From positions 17,334 to 81,333 of the forward strand of contig JAFTPR010000002.1 of NCBI GenBank assembly GCA_017463145.1: DNA of 64,000 nucleotides, read 5' to 3'. The stretch comes from Clostridia bacterium (GTDB taxonomy: Bacteria > Bacillota > Clostridia > Christensenellales > Borkfalkiaceae). Position 1 is the first letter of the stretch. Every line of letters starts with the position of its first letter. A program made the position numbers and the translations under genes. Below are positions 41,164-51,461 of the stretch, piece after piece. The notes under the pieces were generated by a model. It had not been told where the DNA came from and searched no databases. It worked only from the letters and a program-made list of their open reading frames with translations.

Positions 41164-41940
41164 TTGAAAAACAAAAATACGTTCATCACAGGTTGCGCCA
41201 TTTTTTTATCCGCGCTCTTGTGCGTGGTATCGACAGCCGTTTACACAACCGTTTCCCGCGCCGATAAAGCGCAAACGGTGGGGGCAGGTACGAGCTCAAC
41301 CCGATCTTTGCCCATTTATTGCGTGGATACGGAGGAGAAGAAAGTCGCTATCAGCTTCGATTGCGCGTGGGGTGTGGAATATACGGATAAGTTGCTAGAC
41401 ATTATGGAGAAAAACGACGTAAAATGCACGTTTTTCGCCGTGCAATTTTGGGTGGAGAAATATCCCGAATACGCGGAAAAAATTGTCGATAGCGGTCACG
41501 AGCTGGGTACACATAGCAGAACACACTCGTATATGAGCAAGTTATCGGAAGCGGAAATTCGCGACGAACTGCAAACGTCTATGGACGCAATCGAAAAGGT
41601 GACAGGGCAAAAAACGAACCTGTTCCGCGCCCCGTACGGCGATTATGACAATTTGCTCATTGATACGGCGCAGTCTATGGGGTTATACACCATTCAATGG
41701 GACGTCGATTCGCTCGATTGGAAAAACCTTTCCGCCACGGAGATTGCTTTGCGGATTGTCAACGGCGCGAAAAACGGCTCGATTATTCTCTGCCATAACA
41801 ACGGTTTGCATACCGCTGAGGCGTTGCCTATGATTTTTTCCACCCTTAAAAACAGGGGATATCAATTCGTGCCGATAGGGGAACTTATTTATAAGGATAA
41901 TTACACAATCGACGTGAACGGAACGCAACGCAAGGCGTGA
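41164..41940 (+). CDS. Polysaccharide deacetylase (NodB domain; PdaA/PdaB-like)
   Basis: TTG start with a GGAGG RBS and a signal peptide. Motifs FDCAWG, HELGTHSRTH and LFRAPYG. Confidence 0.8.
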   Translation: MKNKNTFITGCAIFLSALLCVVSTAVYTTVSRADKAQTVGAGTSSTRSLPIYCVDTEEKKVAISFDCAWGVEYTDKLLDIMEKNDVKCTFFAVQFWVEKYPEYAEKIVDSGHELGTHSRTHSYMSKLSEAEIRDELQTSMDAIEKVTGQKTNLFRAPYGDYDNLLIDTAQSMGLYTIQWDVDSLDWKNLSATEIALRIVNGAKNGSIILCHNNGLHTAEALPMIFSTLKNRGYQFVPIGELIYKDNYTIDVNGTQRKA

Positions 41941-41986
41941 AAAACAACGAACAAAAATATTTGAAATACAATTCGGAGGTATTATT

Positions 41987-42724
41987 ATGAACTACGTAAC
42001 GGAAAAAAACAACAAGGTGTATTTGCAAGGCGAGATTGTCAGCGAAGCGACGTTTTCGCACGAGGTGTACGGAGAGGGATTTTACGAATTTTACGTACGC
42101 GTTATGCGGCTGTCGGGGCAAGCGGACGTACTCCCCGTCACCATTTCGGAACGGTTGATACAGGGCGGCGCGCTTTGCAAGGGTAAAACCATTTGCGCGT
42201 TGGGGCAATTCAGAAGCTATAATAAGATAGAGAACGGTAAATCCCGTTTGATGCTTACGGTATTTGTGCGGGAGCTTTTGGAAGAATTACCCGGCAAAAA
42301 TCCCAACAGTATACTCCTTTCGGGATATATCTGCAAGCCGCCCGTATACCGAACGACGCCCTTTAATCGGGAGATTGCGGACGTGCTGATTGCGGTCAAT
42401 CGCGCGTATAACAAATCTGATTATATCCCCTGTATCGCTTGGGGCAGGAACGCGCGGTTTGTGAAAAATCTCGGCGTGGGCGAACGCGTGGCGGTGTCGG
42501 GGCGAATTCAAAGCAGAGAATATCAAAAGAAGCTGTCCGAAACGGACGTACGGACAATGACGGCGTACGAGGTATCCGTTTCCAAGCTCGCCACCTACGA
42601 TTTGGCGGAGGATTTTGATATCGACAGCGAGTTCGATTTATACTCCCTTTCAGGCGAGCATAGTGCCGTTTCCGCCAAGCAGGAAAACCAAGAGGGCGAT
42701 TTTCTTTCCCTCGGCAACGCATAA
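41987..42724 (+). CDS. Tandem OB-fold single-stranded-DNA-binding-like protein
   Basis: Two successive SSB-like OB segments (VYLQGEIV..FRSYN..RLMLTVFV and LSGYIC..AWGRNARF..VAVSGRIQSREY). Acidic/polar tail. Confidence 0.55.
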   Translation: MNYVTEKNNKVYLQGEIVSEATFSHEVYGEGFYEFYVRVMRLSGQADVLPVTISERLIQGGALCKGKTICALGQFRSYNKIENGKSRLMLTVFVRELLEELPGKNPNSILLSGYICKPPVYRTTPFNREIADVLIAVNRAYNKSDYIPCIAWGRNARFVKNLGVGERVAVSGRIQSREYQKKLSETDVRTMTAYEVSVSKLATYDLAEDFDIDSEFDLYSLSGEHSAVSAKQENQEGDFLSLGNA

Positions 42725-42740
42725 TAAAAGCAAAAGGATA

Positions 42741-42778
42741 GCGGCGTTTTACTTTTCGGTAAAACGCCGCCTTTTGTT
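42741..42778. terminator. Bidirectional intrinsic terminator
   Basis: GCGGCGTTTTA / TAAAACGCCGC hairpin plus CTTTTGTTG. Confidence 0.7.
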
Positions 42779-42791
42779 GTGCAAGCCCCTT

Positions 42792-44477
42792 TTATTTGTG
42801 CGCGTCGGGTTTGACGAGAATTGTTTTATAATCCGTGTACACGACGAACCCCGCCTTGCTTTTGCTCGGTTTTTTGACGAATTTGCGCTTGCAGTAATCG
42901 ACGGGGATTTTATCTGCTTCCCGTCCGTCCGAATAATACGCGCATATCTCCGCGGCGAAAAGGACGGTTTCATCTCGTACCTGCCTGCCGTCTGCAACGA
43001 TAATTGCGTGCGAGGAATGGTATTTTTGCGTGTGCAGCCAAATATCGTCGGGCGAGGCTTGGCGAAGCAGTCGGTCATTTTGCAAATTGTTTCTGCCCAC
43101 CAAAACCGTATGCCCGTCGTGCTCGTATTTTCGGAAAGGGATTACGACTTCTTTTTTCTTTGCGCCCGCCCTTGCTTTGGGCGCGCGGAGTAAGCCCGCC
43201 TCGATCAGCTCCGTTTCAATCTCCTTCAAATCCTCGTCGTATTCGGCAGCTTTGATAGAGGCAAAAACGCTGTCGGCATATTCGATTTCCCGTTCCTCCG
43301 CCGCTTGCATTGGGGTAAGCACGGCAAGCGTACGCTTTTGCTTGTTGTACGTCTTGAAATACCGTTGCGCATTTTGCGCAGGAGAAAGCGTTTCGTCCAG
43401 CGCAATTTTTACCGTGCCGCCCGCTTCGTCGTACCAATTTTCCAGCTCAACGCTCTTTGCACCCTTTTCCAAACGGTATAAATTCGCCGTCAACAGCTCG
43501 CCCTTGATACGGTTTTCTTCGGCGCGCTCCGCTTCCTTTATGCGTTCCAACGTATCCTGCAAGCGTTTAGAAGCTTTTCTCTTCAAGGCACGTATGCCTG
43601 CTTCCAGCTTGCGTTTTTTGTCCTCAAAACCTTTTTTTTGTTCCTTGCCCGAATAGAACTCGTCCTCCGCTTTGCAAAGGGAGGGCATTTTTTGCCCGTC
43701 CATAACCGCAAAGGCGAAAAAGTCTGTCGGCGCGCCGTCGCGTATTTGCAGATGTGGGTCGTTCGGTTCGTTTAAGCAAAAGTGCGGAAGAAATTCGTAT
43801 AAGGGCTTTTTTTGCCGTTTAAAGCGTATAGCAAGCTGTCTTGCCGTGGGGAGCGCCAAGCCCGCAACTCGCTCGAAAATATGTTTTGCAAGCGCTTCCT
43901 CTTCCCAAGTTTCCCCGTGCATCTCGAAAAAGGCGTCTGTCATTCGTCGCATACCTGCCTCGTCCAAAATGGAAATTTTATCCTGCGGAGCGGGGTAGTC
44001 GTACTTTGCGCCGGGCAAAAGTACGCGGTGGGAATCGTCTTGGAGCGCCGTTGTTTTGAGCGCGCCCAAAATGACGTCCTTTTCCGTCAGGACGATATTG
44101 GAATATTTGCCCATCAGTTCGCAGTAAAGCACCCTGTCGCACCCGGAAAAATCGCTTTGGCAATGGAGAGTGATTTTAACAATTCGCTCAAACTCGTGCT
44201 GTTCTACGCCGATAATTTCGGCGTTTTGCAAATGCTTGCGAAGAAGCATACAGAAATTGGGGGCAATCGGGGCAGGTTCTTTTTCGTAAGCGGACAAACA
44301 AACGCGCGCGCCTGTGGCATTTGCGCTCAAAATGAGTTTAACCGTCGTCTTTTTGGTGTATATAATAAAGGTCAGCTCGTCTTTATCGACTTGGGAAATG
44401 CGGTTGATTTTCCCGCCTGCGAGGAAGTTTTGCAGTTCCTCGGTGAGCCGACGGATATGAAAAGCGTCTTGCGGCAT
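42792..44477 (-). CDS. rqcH: Ribosome quality-control protein RqcH (NFACT/FbpA family)
   Basis: Start MPQDAFHIRRLTEEL at 44477. NFACT-N, coiled coil and a C-terminal DUF814-like region (WLHTQKYHSSHAII). Confidence 0.8.
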   Translation of the reverse strand: MPQDAFHIRRLTEELQNFLAGGKINRISQVDKDELTFIIYTKKTTVKLILSANATGARVCLSAYEKEPAPIAPNFCMLLRKHLQNAEIIGVEQHEFERIVKITLHCQSDFSGCDRVLYCELMGKYSNIVLTEKDVILGALKTTALQDDSHRVLLPGAKYDYPAPQDKISILDEAGMRRMTDAFFEMHGETWEEEALAKHIFERVAGLALPTARQLAIRFKRQKKPLYEFLPHFCLNEPNDPHLQIRDGAPTDFFAFAVMDGQKMPSLCKAEDEFYSGKEQKKGFEDKKRKLEAGIRALKRKASKRLQDTLERIKEAERAEENRIKGELLTANLYRLEKGAKSVELENWYDEAGGTVKIALDETLSPAQNAQRYFKTYNKQKRTLAVLTPMQAAEEREIEYADSVFASIKAAEYDEDLKEIETELIEAGLLRAPKARAGAKKKEVVIPFRKYEHDGHTVLVGRNNLQNDRLLRQASPDDIWLHTQKYHSSHAIIVADGRQVRDETVLFAAEICAYYSDGREADKIPVDYCKRKFVKKPSKSKAGFVVYTDYKTILVKPDAHK

Positions 44478-44669
44478 AAGGTCTCCTTTGCGGTTTTTCG
44501 CCAAAAAAATAAAATCTTTTCTTAAATTATAGCGTAAAATTCAAAAATTGTAAATAAAAACGCTTTATTTTCTTTGATAAATATGTTAAAATGTATGGAG
44601 CGAAGCCAAAAGCTTGGCGAAAATAAGAGAAAAAAATAAATTTCACATAGAAAGCAGGAGAAAAGCACT

Positions 44670-45968
44670 ATGAAACACACTACCAAAGCAAATGAAAAGA
44701 GCACGGTAAAAATCACCCTCAAATTCGACGGGGAAGAATGGAAGAACGCGCAACAGCAAGCGTATCTCAAAACGAGAAGCAGATTTGCCGTAAACGGCTT
44801 CCGTAAAGGCAAAGCGCCGAAGAACGTTATCGAGCACAACTACGGCAAAGGCGTTTTCTACGAAGACGCGCTCAATATCCTTTTCTCGGAAAATTACGGC
44901 AAGGTTCTTGATAAGAACGAGAAGAAGTTTACCGTTGTCGGCGATCCCGAGGTTTCCGTGGAGGAACTTTCCGACGAGGGCGTAACGCTTGTAGCTATCG
45001 CACCCGTGAAGCCCGAAGTGAAAATTTCGGCGTATAAGGGTATCAAAATCAAAGAATACGCGTATAATGTTACGGATGAAGAAATCAATGCGGAGCTTGA
45101 CCGCTTGCTTGACAGAAACGCGCGCAAAGTGCCCGTTACCGACAGAGCGGCGCAAAACGGCGACGTTGCGAATATCGACTTCGTAGGTACGGTAGACGGC
45201 GAGAAATTTGACGGCGGCGAAGCGCAGGGCTTCGACCTTACGCTCGGCAGCGGACAGTTCATTCCCGGTTTTGAAGACCAAGTAGTGGGTATGAATATCG
45301 GCGAAACGAAAGACGTAAACGTTACGTTCCCCGAAAACTATCAAGCGGAAGCGCTTAAAGGCAAACCCGCGGTATTCAGCGTGAAGCTTAATTCGCTTCA
45401 AGGCAAAGAACTTCCCGAACTGAACGACGAGTTCATCAAGGACGCTACGGGCAGCGAAACGGTAGAAGCGTACAAGGCAAAGACGAAAGAAAGATTGCAA
45501 GCGAATGCGGACAGACGTTCCAATGACGCTACGGAGAACTCCATTTTGGAAGCGATTGCGGCGAATGCAGAAGTGGAAATTCCCCAAGCAATGATCGAAA
45601 GAGAAATCGATAATCTCATTCAAAAGTTTGAGTATCAGCTTATGTACCAAGGCTTGAAGTTGCAAGACTACCTTGATTTCCTTAAAGTGACGCTTGCAGA
45701 TTTCAGAAAGAACTACGAAGAACAGGCGAACAAGAACGTATTGCATCAACTTATCATTTCTCAGCTTATCAAGGAAGAGAAGATCGAAGCAACGGATGAA
45801 GAAGTGGAAGCGAAAGTTGCCGAGCAAGCTGCTTCCGTAGGCAAGGAAACGGAAGAGTACAAAAAGGGTATGGATCCCCGTCAGTTCGACTATATCAGCA
45901 GCGATATCGTTATCACGAAGTTGTTTAAGTTCCTCAAAGAAAACAACGAAATGTATAAAGAAGACTAA
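44670..45968 (+). CDS. tig: Trigger factor
   Basis: GFRKGKAP ribosome-binding signature. 432 aa. tig-clpP-clpX order. Confidence 0.9.
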   Translation: MKHTTKANEKSTVKITLKFDGEEWKNAQQQAYLKTRSRFAVNGFRKGKAPKNVIEHNYGKGVFYEDALNILFSENYGKVLDKNEKKFTVVGDPEVSVEELSDEGVTLVAIAPVKPEVKISAYKGIKIKEYAYNVTDEEINAELDRLLDRNARKVPVTDRAAQNGDVANIDFVGTVDGEKFDGGEAQGFDLTLGSGQFIPGFEDQVVGMNIGETKDVNVTFPENYQAEALKGKPAVFSVKLNSLQGKELPELNDEFIKDATGSETVEAYKAKTKERLQANADRRSNDATENSILEAIAANAEVEIPQAMIEREIDNLIQKFEYQLMYQGLKLQDYLDFLKVTLADFRKNYEEQANKNVLHQLIISQLIKEEKIEATDEEVEAKVAEQAASVGKETEEYKKGMDPRQFDYISSDIVITKLFKFLKENNEMYKED

Positions 45969-45983
45969 CATTCAAGGAATTTT

Positions 45984-46574
45984 ATGGAAAAGAACGTATT
46001 GATACCTTACGTAGTGGAACGTACCTCTTCGGGGGAACGTACGTACGATTTATATTCCCGCCTGTTGGACGACAGAATTATCTTTTTAAGCGGGGAGATC
46101 AACGACGCGGTGGCAAATACCGTCGTGGCGCAGCTTATCTATCTCGAAGGCAAAGACCCCACGAAAGATATATCCCTGTATATCAACTCCCCCGGCGGTT
46201 CGGTGTCGGCGGGTATGGCGATCTACGATACAATGAACTATATCAAATGCGACGTATCGACGATCTGTATCGGTCTTGCGGCGAGTATGGGCGCGTTCCT
46301 GCTTTCCAGCGGCGCACGCGGCAAGCGGTACGCTTTGCCTAACTCGGAAATCATGATTCACCAGCCCTTGGGCGGCGCGCAGGGTCAGGCAAGCGATATC
46401 AAAATTCAAGCGGAGCATATTCTCCGTACCAAGGCGAAGTTGAACAGAATTCTCGCCGAGAATACGGGCAGAGATATCTCCACGATCGAGCGTGATACCG
46501 ACAGAGATAATTATATGTCTGCGGAAGAAGCGCAGAAATACGGCTTGATTGATAAAGTTTTCGTAAGAAGATAA
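45984..46574 (+). CDS. clpP: ATP-dependent Clp protease proteolytic subunit
   Basis: Motifs YINSPGGSV and [11 protein letters not shown] (active-site Ser). Confidence 0.95.
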   Translation: MEKNVLIPYVVERTSSGERTYDLYSRLLDDRIIFLSGEINDAVANTVVAQLIYLEGKDPTKDISLYINSPGGSVSAGMAIYDTMNYIKCDVSTICIGLAASMGAFLLSSGARGKRYALPNSEIMIHQPLGGAQGQASDIKIQAEHILRTKAKLNRILAENTGRDISTIERDTDRDNYMSAEEAQKYGLIDKVFVRR

Positions 46575-46639
46575 AGTACACGCGCAAAACCGAAAGTTTT
46601 GCGCGGTATTTTTCCCAATTTCAGTAAACGGAGAATAAA

Positions 46640-47881
46640 ATGGCAACAAAAAATCAACATTGTTCTTTTTGCGGTAAGCCGAAAGAAGAAACGCGCAGAT
46701 TGATTACAGGTCCTGACGGGGCTTGCATTTGCGACGAATGTATTGAAATATGTAAGTCAATGGTAGACGAGTGGCAGGACGACAAAACGCCGCAGGCGGA
46801 CGTCCCCCTGAAAAAGCCCGCCGAAATCAAAGCGGAGCTGGATCAGTATATCGTTGGGCAAGATAAGGCAAAACGCGTGCTTTCGGTGGCGGTATACAAC
46901 CACTATAAGCGTATCAATGCCCTTGCGAAAAAGAATAAAAAGGACGACGACGGCGTGGAAATCGAAAAGAGCAACGTGCTGTTGCTCGGTCCGACGGGTA
47001 GCGGCAAGACGTTGCTTGCAAGAACGCTTGCAAAGATTTTGAACGTACCGTTTGCCACGTCCGACGCAACGACGCTCACGGAAGCGGGGTACGTTGGCGA
47101 GGACGTTGAGAATATCCTTTTGAAGCTTATTCAAAACGCGGATTACGATATCGAGAGCGCGCAACGCGGCATTATCTATATCGACGAAATTGACAAAATT
47201 TCGAGAAAGAGCGAAAACGTATCTATCACGCGCGACGTTTCGGGTGAGGGCGTACAACAAGCGCTTTTGAAAATTATCGAAAGCACGACGGCAAACGTTC
47301 CCCCGCAGGGCGGCAGAAAGCATCCCAATCAGGAATGTTTGCGTATCGATACGACGAATATCCTCTTTATTTGCGGCGGCGCGTTCGTGGGTTTGGATAA
47401 AATCGTATCGTCGAGAAAGGACGATACCACGCTTGGCTTCGGCGGTAAGGTTCGCCTTGGCGGAAACGAAGTCGATTACAGCGTTTTGGACGACGTAAAG
47501 CCGCAGGATTTGACCAAGTTCGGGCTTATTCCCGAATTTGTGGGACGGCTTCCTATCGTCGTCAATCTCGATCCGCTCGGCGAGGACGCGCTTGTCAAGA
47601 TCCTCACCGAACCGAAAAACGCGATCATCAAACAGTATCAAAAGCTGATAGGCTTTGACGGCGTAAAGCTGACCGTCGAGGAGGATGCCGTACGGGAGAT
47701 TGCGCAGACGGCTATCCGTTTAAAAACGGGCGCGCGCGGCTTGCGTACCATTATTGAAAGCGTAATGACGGAGGTAATGTACAAAATTCCCTCGGAGGAT
47801 AATATCGAGGAGGTCGTCATCACGAAAGAGTGTTTGACGGACGGCGTTTCCCCCAAACTCATTTATAAGCAGTCGGCGTAA
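46640..47881 (+). CDS. clpX: ATP-dependent Clp protease ATP-binding subunit ClpX
   Basis: Zn-finger CSFCGK..CICDECI. Walker A GPTGSGKT. Confidence 0.95.
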   Translation: MATKNQHCSFCGKPKEETRRLITGPDGACICDECIEICKSMVDEWQDDKTPQADVPLKKPAEIKAELDQYIVGQDKAKRVLSVAVYNHYKRINALAKKNKKDDDGVEIEKSNVLLLGPTGSGKTLLARTLAKILNVPFATSDATTLTEAGYVGEDVENILLKLIQNADYDIESAQRGIIYIDEIDKISRKSENVSITRDVSGEGVQQALLKIIESTTANVPPQGGRKHPNQECLRIDTTNILFICGGAFVGLDKIVSSRKDDTTLGFGGKVRLGGNEVDYSVLDDVKPQDLTKFGLIPEFVGRLPIVVNLDPLGEDALVKILTEPKNAIIKQYQKLIGFDGVKLTVEEDAVREIAQTAIRLKTGARGLRTIIESVMTEVMYKIPSEDNIEEVVITKECLTDGVSPKLIYKQSA

Positions 47882-47912
47882 ATTCGACAAAAATAACGTA
47901 AAAATTATGCAA

Positions 47913-47942
47913 AACACGCGTTCTAAGAGCGCGTGTTTTTTC
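47913..47942 (+). terminator. Intrinsic terminator
   Basis: AACACGCG / CGCGTGTT hairpin plus a T-run. Confidence 0.7.
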
Positions 47943-47977
47943 ATATAATAGAGCAAAGCCATGCAAGGAGAACTGTT

Positions 47978-48850
47978 ATGAACGAAGAAATCGAATACGC
48001 CGAAATGTTGGAAATTCCCGTATCCACCGTGAACGTAGTCAAGAAAAAACGCGGGAGAAAGAGTAAACAAAACGCAGGAGATTTGAAAGAGTCCGTTATC
48101 GAAAAGGTAAACGGCAAACTTGACGAGCCTGCAAGCATAACCGCGGAGGCGGAATTGTTTGCGGAAAGCGCAAACAGCGAGGGAAATATCGACTTTGACG
48201 ACGGCGTGGAACGGGTGGATACCGTACGGCTGTACGCAGAGGGAGAAAACCGTTTTTTAGATAATGAAAATGAAAATTTTGACGGGGGCAGGTATGCGTC
48301 GAACGCAAAAAAAGACCGTGTTGCGCGTATTGTTTTGGGCGTGGAATTTGCCGCTGCTTGCGCGCTTTGCGGCGCAATTTTCCTCACCAACATCTTTATG
48401 CCGGGCAGCGCAATCAACACCTTTTTCCGCGCTCTCGACAATCCGAAAGAAGCCACGCAAACGGACGAACGGAAATATAGCGACTTCACGTTGACGAACG
48501 TCGTTTCCGATTATTCGGATACGGAACTGAACCTGTCCGAAGCGGGTATCCTCTCCTTTACGGACGAGTGCCACGTGTATCCCGTTGCGGACGGCAAGGT
48601 GAGCGAGGTTGAAAAGGACGAAAACGGCGTGTATACGCTTAAAATTGCCCATTCCGATTCCTTTACGGGCGTAATCAGCGGTTTAGACGTTGTCTATTAT
48701 GCCGTTGGCGATACAGTAAAGGCGAATATTCCCGTAGGGTTTACGGACGGAGAAAGCGAAGTGCAGGTTACAATGTATTCCGCGGGCGAGCTGTTGAACT
48801 GCTTCGAGATTACGGACGAAAACTGTCTTGCTTGGGTTGAGCAGAGCTGA
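47978..48850 (+). CDS. SpoIVFA-like membrane protein with degenerate LytM/M23 domain
   Basis: Start MNEEIEYAEM with an AAGGAG RBS. One TM. The C-terminal V.PVADGKVSEV..YTLKIAHSD..VGDTVKA resembles M23 but lacks the metal-binding His motifs. Immediately upstream of an M50 protease gene. Confidence 0.5.
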   Translation: MNEEIEYAEMLEIPVSTVNVVKKKRGRKSKQNAGDLKESVIEKVNGKLDEPASITAEAELFAESANSEGNIDFDDGVERVDTVRLYAEGENRFLDNENENFDGGRYASNAKKDRVARIVLGVEFAAACALCGAIFLTNIFMPGSAINTFFRALDNPKEATQTDERKYSDFTLTNVVSDYSDTELNLSEAGILSFTDECHVYPVADGKVSEVEKDENGVYTLKIAHSDSFTGVISGLDVVYYAVGDTVKANIPVGFTDGESEVQVTMYSAGELLNCFEITDENCLAWVEQS

Positions 48851-48862
48851 TAGAAATTTGCC

Positions 48863-49801
48863 GTGAAGAGAAAAAGGATGCGGGGAGTTTCTCCCCGCTT
48901 ACGCTTACATCCGCTCTTTTTTGCCGTGGGCATCTTTTATTCTTTCAAGGGCGAGCTTCCCTTGTTTTTGATGAGTTGTTTGGTTGCCCTGCAACACGAG
49001 TGCGCGCATGCGTTTGCCGCCGCAAGGCTTGGATACAGGCTGGATAAAATCGTACTGATGCCCTTTGGCGCAGTCATTGACGGGGACATGAAAAACGCTT
49101 CGCAAAAGGACGAGATATACATTGCGCTCAGCGGTCCGCTTTGCAACCTGTTCACCGCCCTGTTTTTTGGCGCGCTATGGTGGTTTGTGCCTACCGTGTA
49201 CGCGTTTACGGACACGGCTTTCTATGCTTCGCTTTCGATAGCGCTGGTCAATTTATTGCCTGCGTACCCGCTTGACGGCGGACGGATATTACGGGGAATA
49301 TTGCTTCGCGCGGGCGTGGCGGAGCGTAAAACAGCACGCATTTGTAAGGTGGTGACGCTCCTTATCGGGACGGCGTTTTTCACCGTATTCTTCGCCTTTT
49401 TGTTTGTCGGGCGGTTGAATATTTCCATTGCGTTTTTCGGCGCATTTTTGGCGGTGGGCGCGTTTGGAAACAGGGACGGAGAGGCGGTGTATCGCAAAAT
49501 GGATTTTTCCTGCCAAGCCGCGCTTAAACGTGGTGTGGAAATCAAGCGGGTGGCGGTGCTGAATACTATGCCCGTCAAAAATGTGTTCCGATATCTCACC
49601 ACGGGCGCGTATCTTGTGGTGGAGGTATACGATACGTCGGAGCGGAAAGTGTTCGAGTTGACGCAAAACGAGCTTGCCGATTGGTTTTTGCAAGCGCCGA
49701 ATCCCTACGTCACCCTCGATTTTTTACATAAAAAGGGCAAAAAACCCGCAAAAACCGTCGATTTTAATGAAAAAGTCCTTGCCAAACGCAAGGAAATATG
49801 A
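48863..49801 (+). CDS. Site-2 (M50) metalloprotease, SpoIVFB-like
   Basis: HExxH (LQHECAHAF), NLLPAYPLDGGR motif, multiple TMs, CBS-like C-terminal domain. Confidence 0.7.
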   Translation: MKRKRMRGVSPRLRLHPLFFAVGIFYSFKGELPLFLMSCLVALQHECAHAFAAARLGYRLDKIVLMPFGAVIDGDMKNASQKDEIYIALSGPLCNLFTALFFGALWWFVPTVYAFTDTAFYASLSIALVNLLPAYPLDGGRILRGILLRAGVAERKTARICKVVTLLIGTAFFTVFFAFLFVGRLNISIAFFGAFLAVGAFGNRDGEAVYRKMDFSCQAALKRGVEIKRVAVLNTMPVKNVFRYLTTGAYLVVEVYDTSERKVFELTQNELADWFLQAPNPYVTLDFLHKKGKKPAKTVDFNEKVLAKRKEI

Positions 49802-49900
49802 TATACTTGTATCGTACGGAAACCCCGCAGGCACGACGCGCGATTACGCCGCGTCGATTTTTTTGCGGTGAGAAAAAATAACGGGAGTTTTACAAGCCGA

Positions 49901-51406
49901 ATGAAGAAGGAATGGTATTTCGACAGATATTGCGGACAGCAGTTCGCCGCCCTCGTGGAGGACGGTAAGCTTGCCGAATTTCTCATAGAAAGAGAACCGC
50001 GCGTCGAAACCGTCGGAAACGTTTATAAGGGCAAGGTGACAAACGTACTCTCGGGAATGAACGCGGCGTTCATTTCCTGTGGGTTGCATAAAAATTGTTA
50101 CCTTTCTATGGAGGAAACGTACACCGACTATACGAAATACGACGGTACGTTTGTGGAAACGAACGTACAGCCTTTGGATTTGAAAGTAGGCGACGAAATC
50201 ATTGTGCAAGTGACAAAACCTCCGCGCGGTACGAAAGGCGCAAAAGTCACTACGCATCTTTCGTTTGTGGGTAAAAATCTTATCTATTTGCCCCAAACGG
50301 ATTTTTTGGGTATTTCCCGTAAGATTACGGACGAAAAAACGCGGGAGAACTTGCTGAAAACGGCGGAAAAAATGCGCGTGCACGGCAAGGAAGGGTTTAT
50401 TGTCCGTACGCAAGCGCCGTTTGCAACGGTCAAGCAACTGAAATCGGAAGCGGAATATCTCAAAAAGTTATACAACGAGATGTTGAAAAAAGCGCAAGAT
50501 GCACCAATCGGCACGGCTCTTTACGAGGACGACGAATTGCCCGTACGTATTATGCGGGATATTTTCGGTGATGACCTCGTAGCGATACACGTGGGCGACG
50601 AGGAGCTGTATCAAAAGCTGAAAAAGCTGATAAAATTGCGCGCGGATATCCCTGAACGCAAGCTCATCAAATACACGGGTAGCCGCTCTATGATGACGGA
50701 GTATGGCATCACCCCGCTTGTATACGACTCGGCAAGACCGACTGTGGCCTTGGAAAACGGAGCGTATCTCGTATTCGACCACACGGAGGCAATGACCGTT
50801 GTAGACGTGAATACGGGCAGTTATACGGGCGAAACAAGTTTGGAGGAAACGGTGTTTGCCGTTAATCTTGCGGCGGCGCGGGAAATTGCGCGGCAGGTGC
50901 GGCTTCGCAATATCGGCGGTATCGTCACGGTAGACTTTATCGATATGACGGAGGAAGCGCACAAAGAAGCTGTCACCGAGGAGCTGAAAAAGTGCCTTGC
51001 GCCCGACAAAGCCAAATGTAACGTGTTGCCTATGAATGAGTTTTGTTTGACGCAATTTACGCGAAAACGCGTGGGCAAGGAAATGCAAGCCATTCTTGTT
51101 AAGCCCTGTCCGCATTGCTTGGGCAGAGGGTTCGTCCACGACGATATTTTCGTGATATCGCGGTTGCGTTCGGAAATTCTCGATTGTTTTGCAGACGGAT
51201 ATACGACGGCAATTATCGAGCTGAACGATTGGATTATGCGGAAAATTTTGCACGAGGGGCTGTTCTCCAAGGAAGCGCAAGGACGTTGGAAGGACAAGCG
51301 GGTATACTTTGTGCCGCATAAGACGTACAAAGAAGAATTTTTTACGGTGCGCGGCGATACGGCGCAGGTCGTAAAGTTGCCCGACAAGGCGCAGATACTG
51401 TATTGA
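49901..51406 (+). CDS. rng: Ribonuclease G/E-family endoribonuclease
   Basis: S1 domain VGNVYKGKVTNVLSGMNAAFI and VVDVNTGSY motif. Track ORF begins at a GTG at 49868. Confidence 0.8.
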   Translation: MKKEWYFDRYCGQQFAALVEDGKLAEFLIEREPRVETVGNVYKGKVTNVLSGMNAAFISCGLHKNCYLSMEETYTDYTKYDGTFVETNVQPLDLKVGDEIIVQVTKPPRGTKGAKVTTHLSFVGKNLIYLPQTDFLGISRKITDEKTRENLLKTAEKMRVHGKEGFIVRTQAPFATVKQLKSEAEYLKKLYNEMLKKAQDAPIGTALYEDDELPVRIMRDIFGDDLVAIHVGDEELYQKLKKLIKLRADIPERKLIKYTGSRSMMTEYGITPLVYDSARPTVALENGAYLVFDHTEAMTVVDVNTGSYTGETSLEETVFAVNLAAAREIARQVRLRNIGGIVTVDFIDMTEEAHKEAVTEELKKCLAPDKAKCNVLPMNEFCLTQFTRKRVGKEMQAILVKPCPHCLGRGFVHDDIFVISRLRSEILDCFADGYTTAIIELNDWIMRKILHEGLFSKEAQGRWKDKRVYFVPHKTYKEEFFTVRGDTAQVVKLPDKAQILY

Positions 51407-51417
51407 CGGCGAAAAGA

Positions 51418-51456
51418 AACGCCCGAAAGCAATTGCTTTCGGGCGTTTGATTTTTG
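51418..51456. terminator. Bidirectional intrinsic terminator
   Basis: AAACGCCCGAAAGC / GCTTTCGGGCGTTT hairpin between convergent rng and fba. Confidence 0.75.
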
Positions 51457-51461
51457 GTTGA

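Noticed and set aside
44643-45971. 442-aa minus-strand ORF antisense to tig
   Set aside because: Shadow ORF opposite trigger factor. The ORFs at 21470..22513, 46757..47641, 29814..30686, 50468..51319, 51504..52406, 17892..18719 and 3813..4625 are rejected for the same reason.
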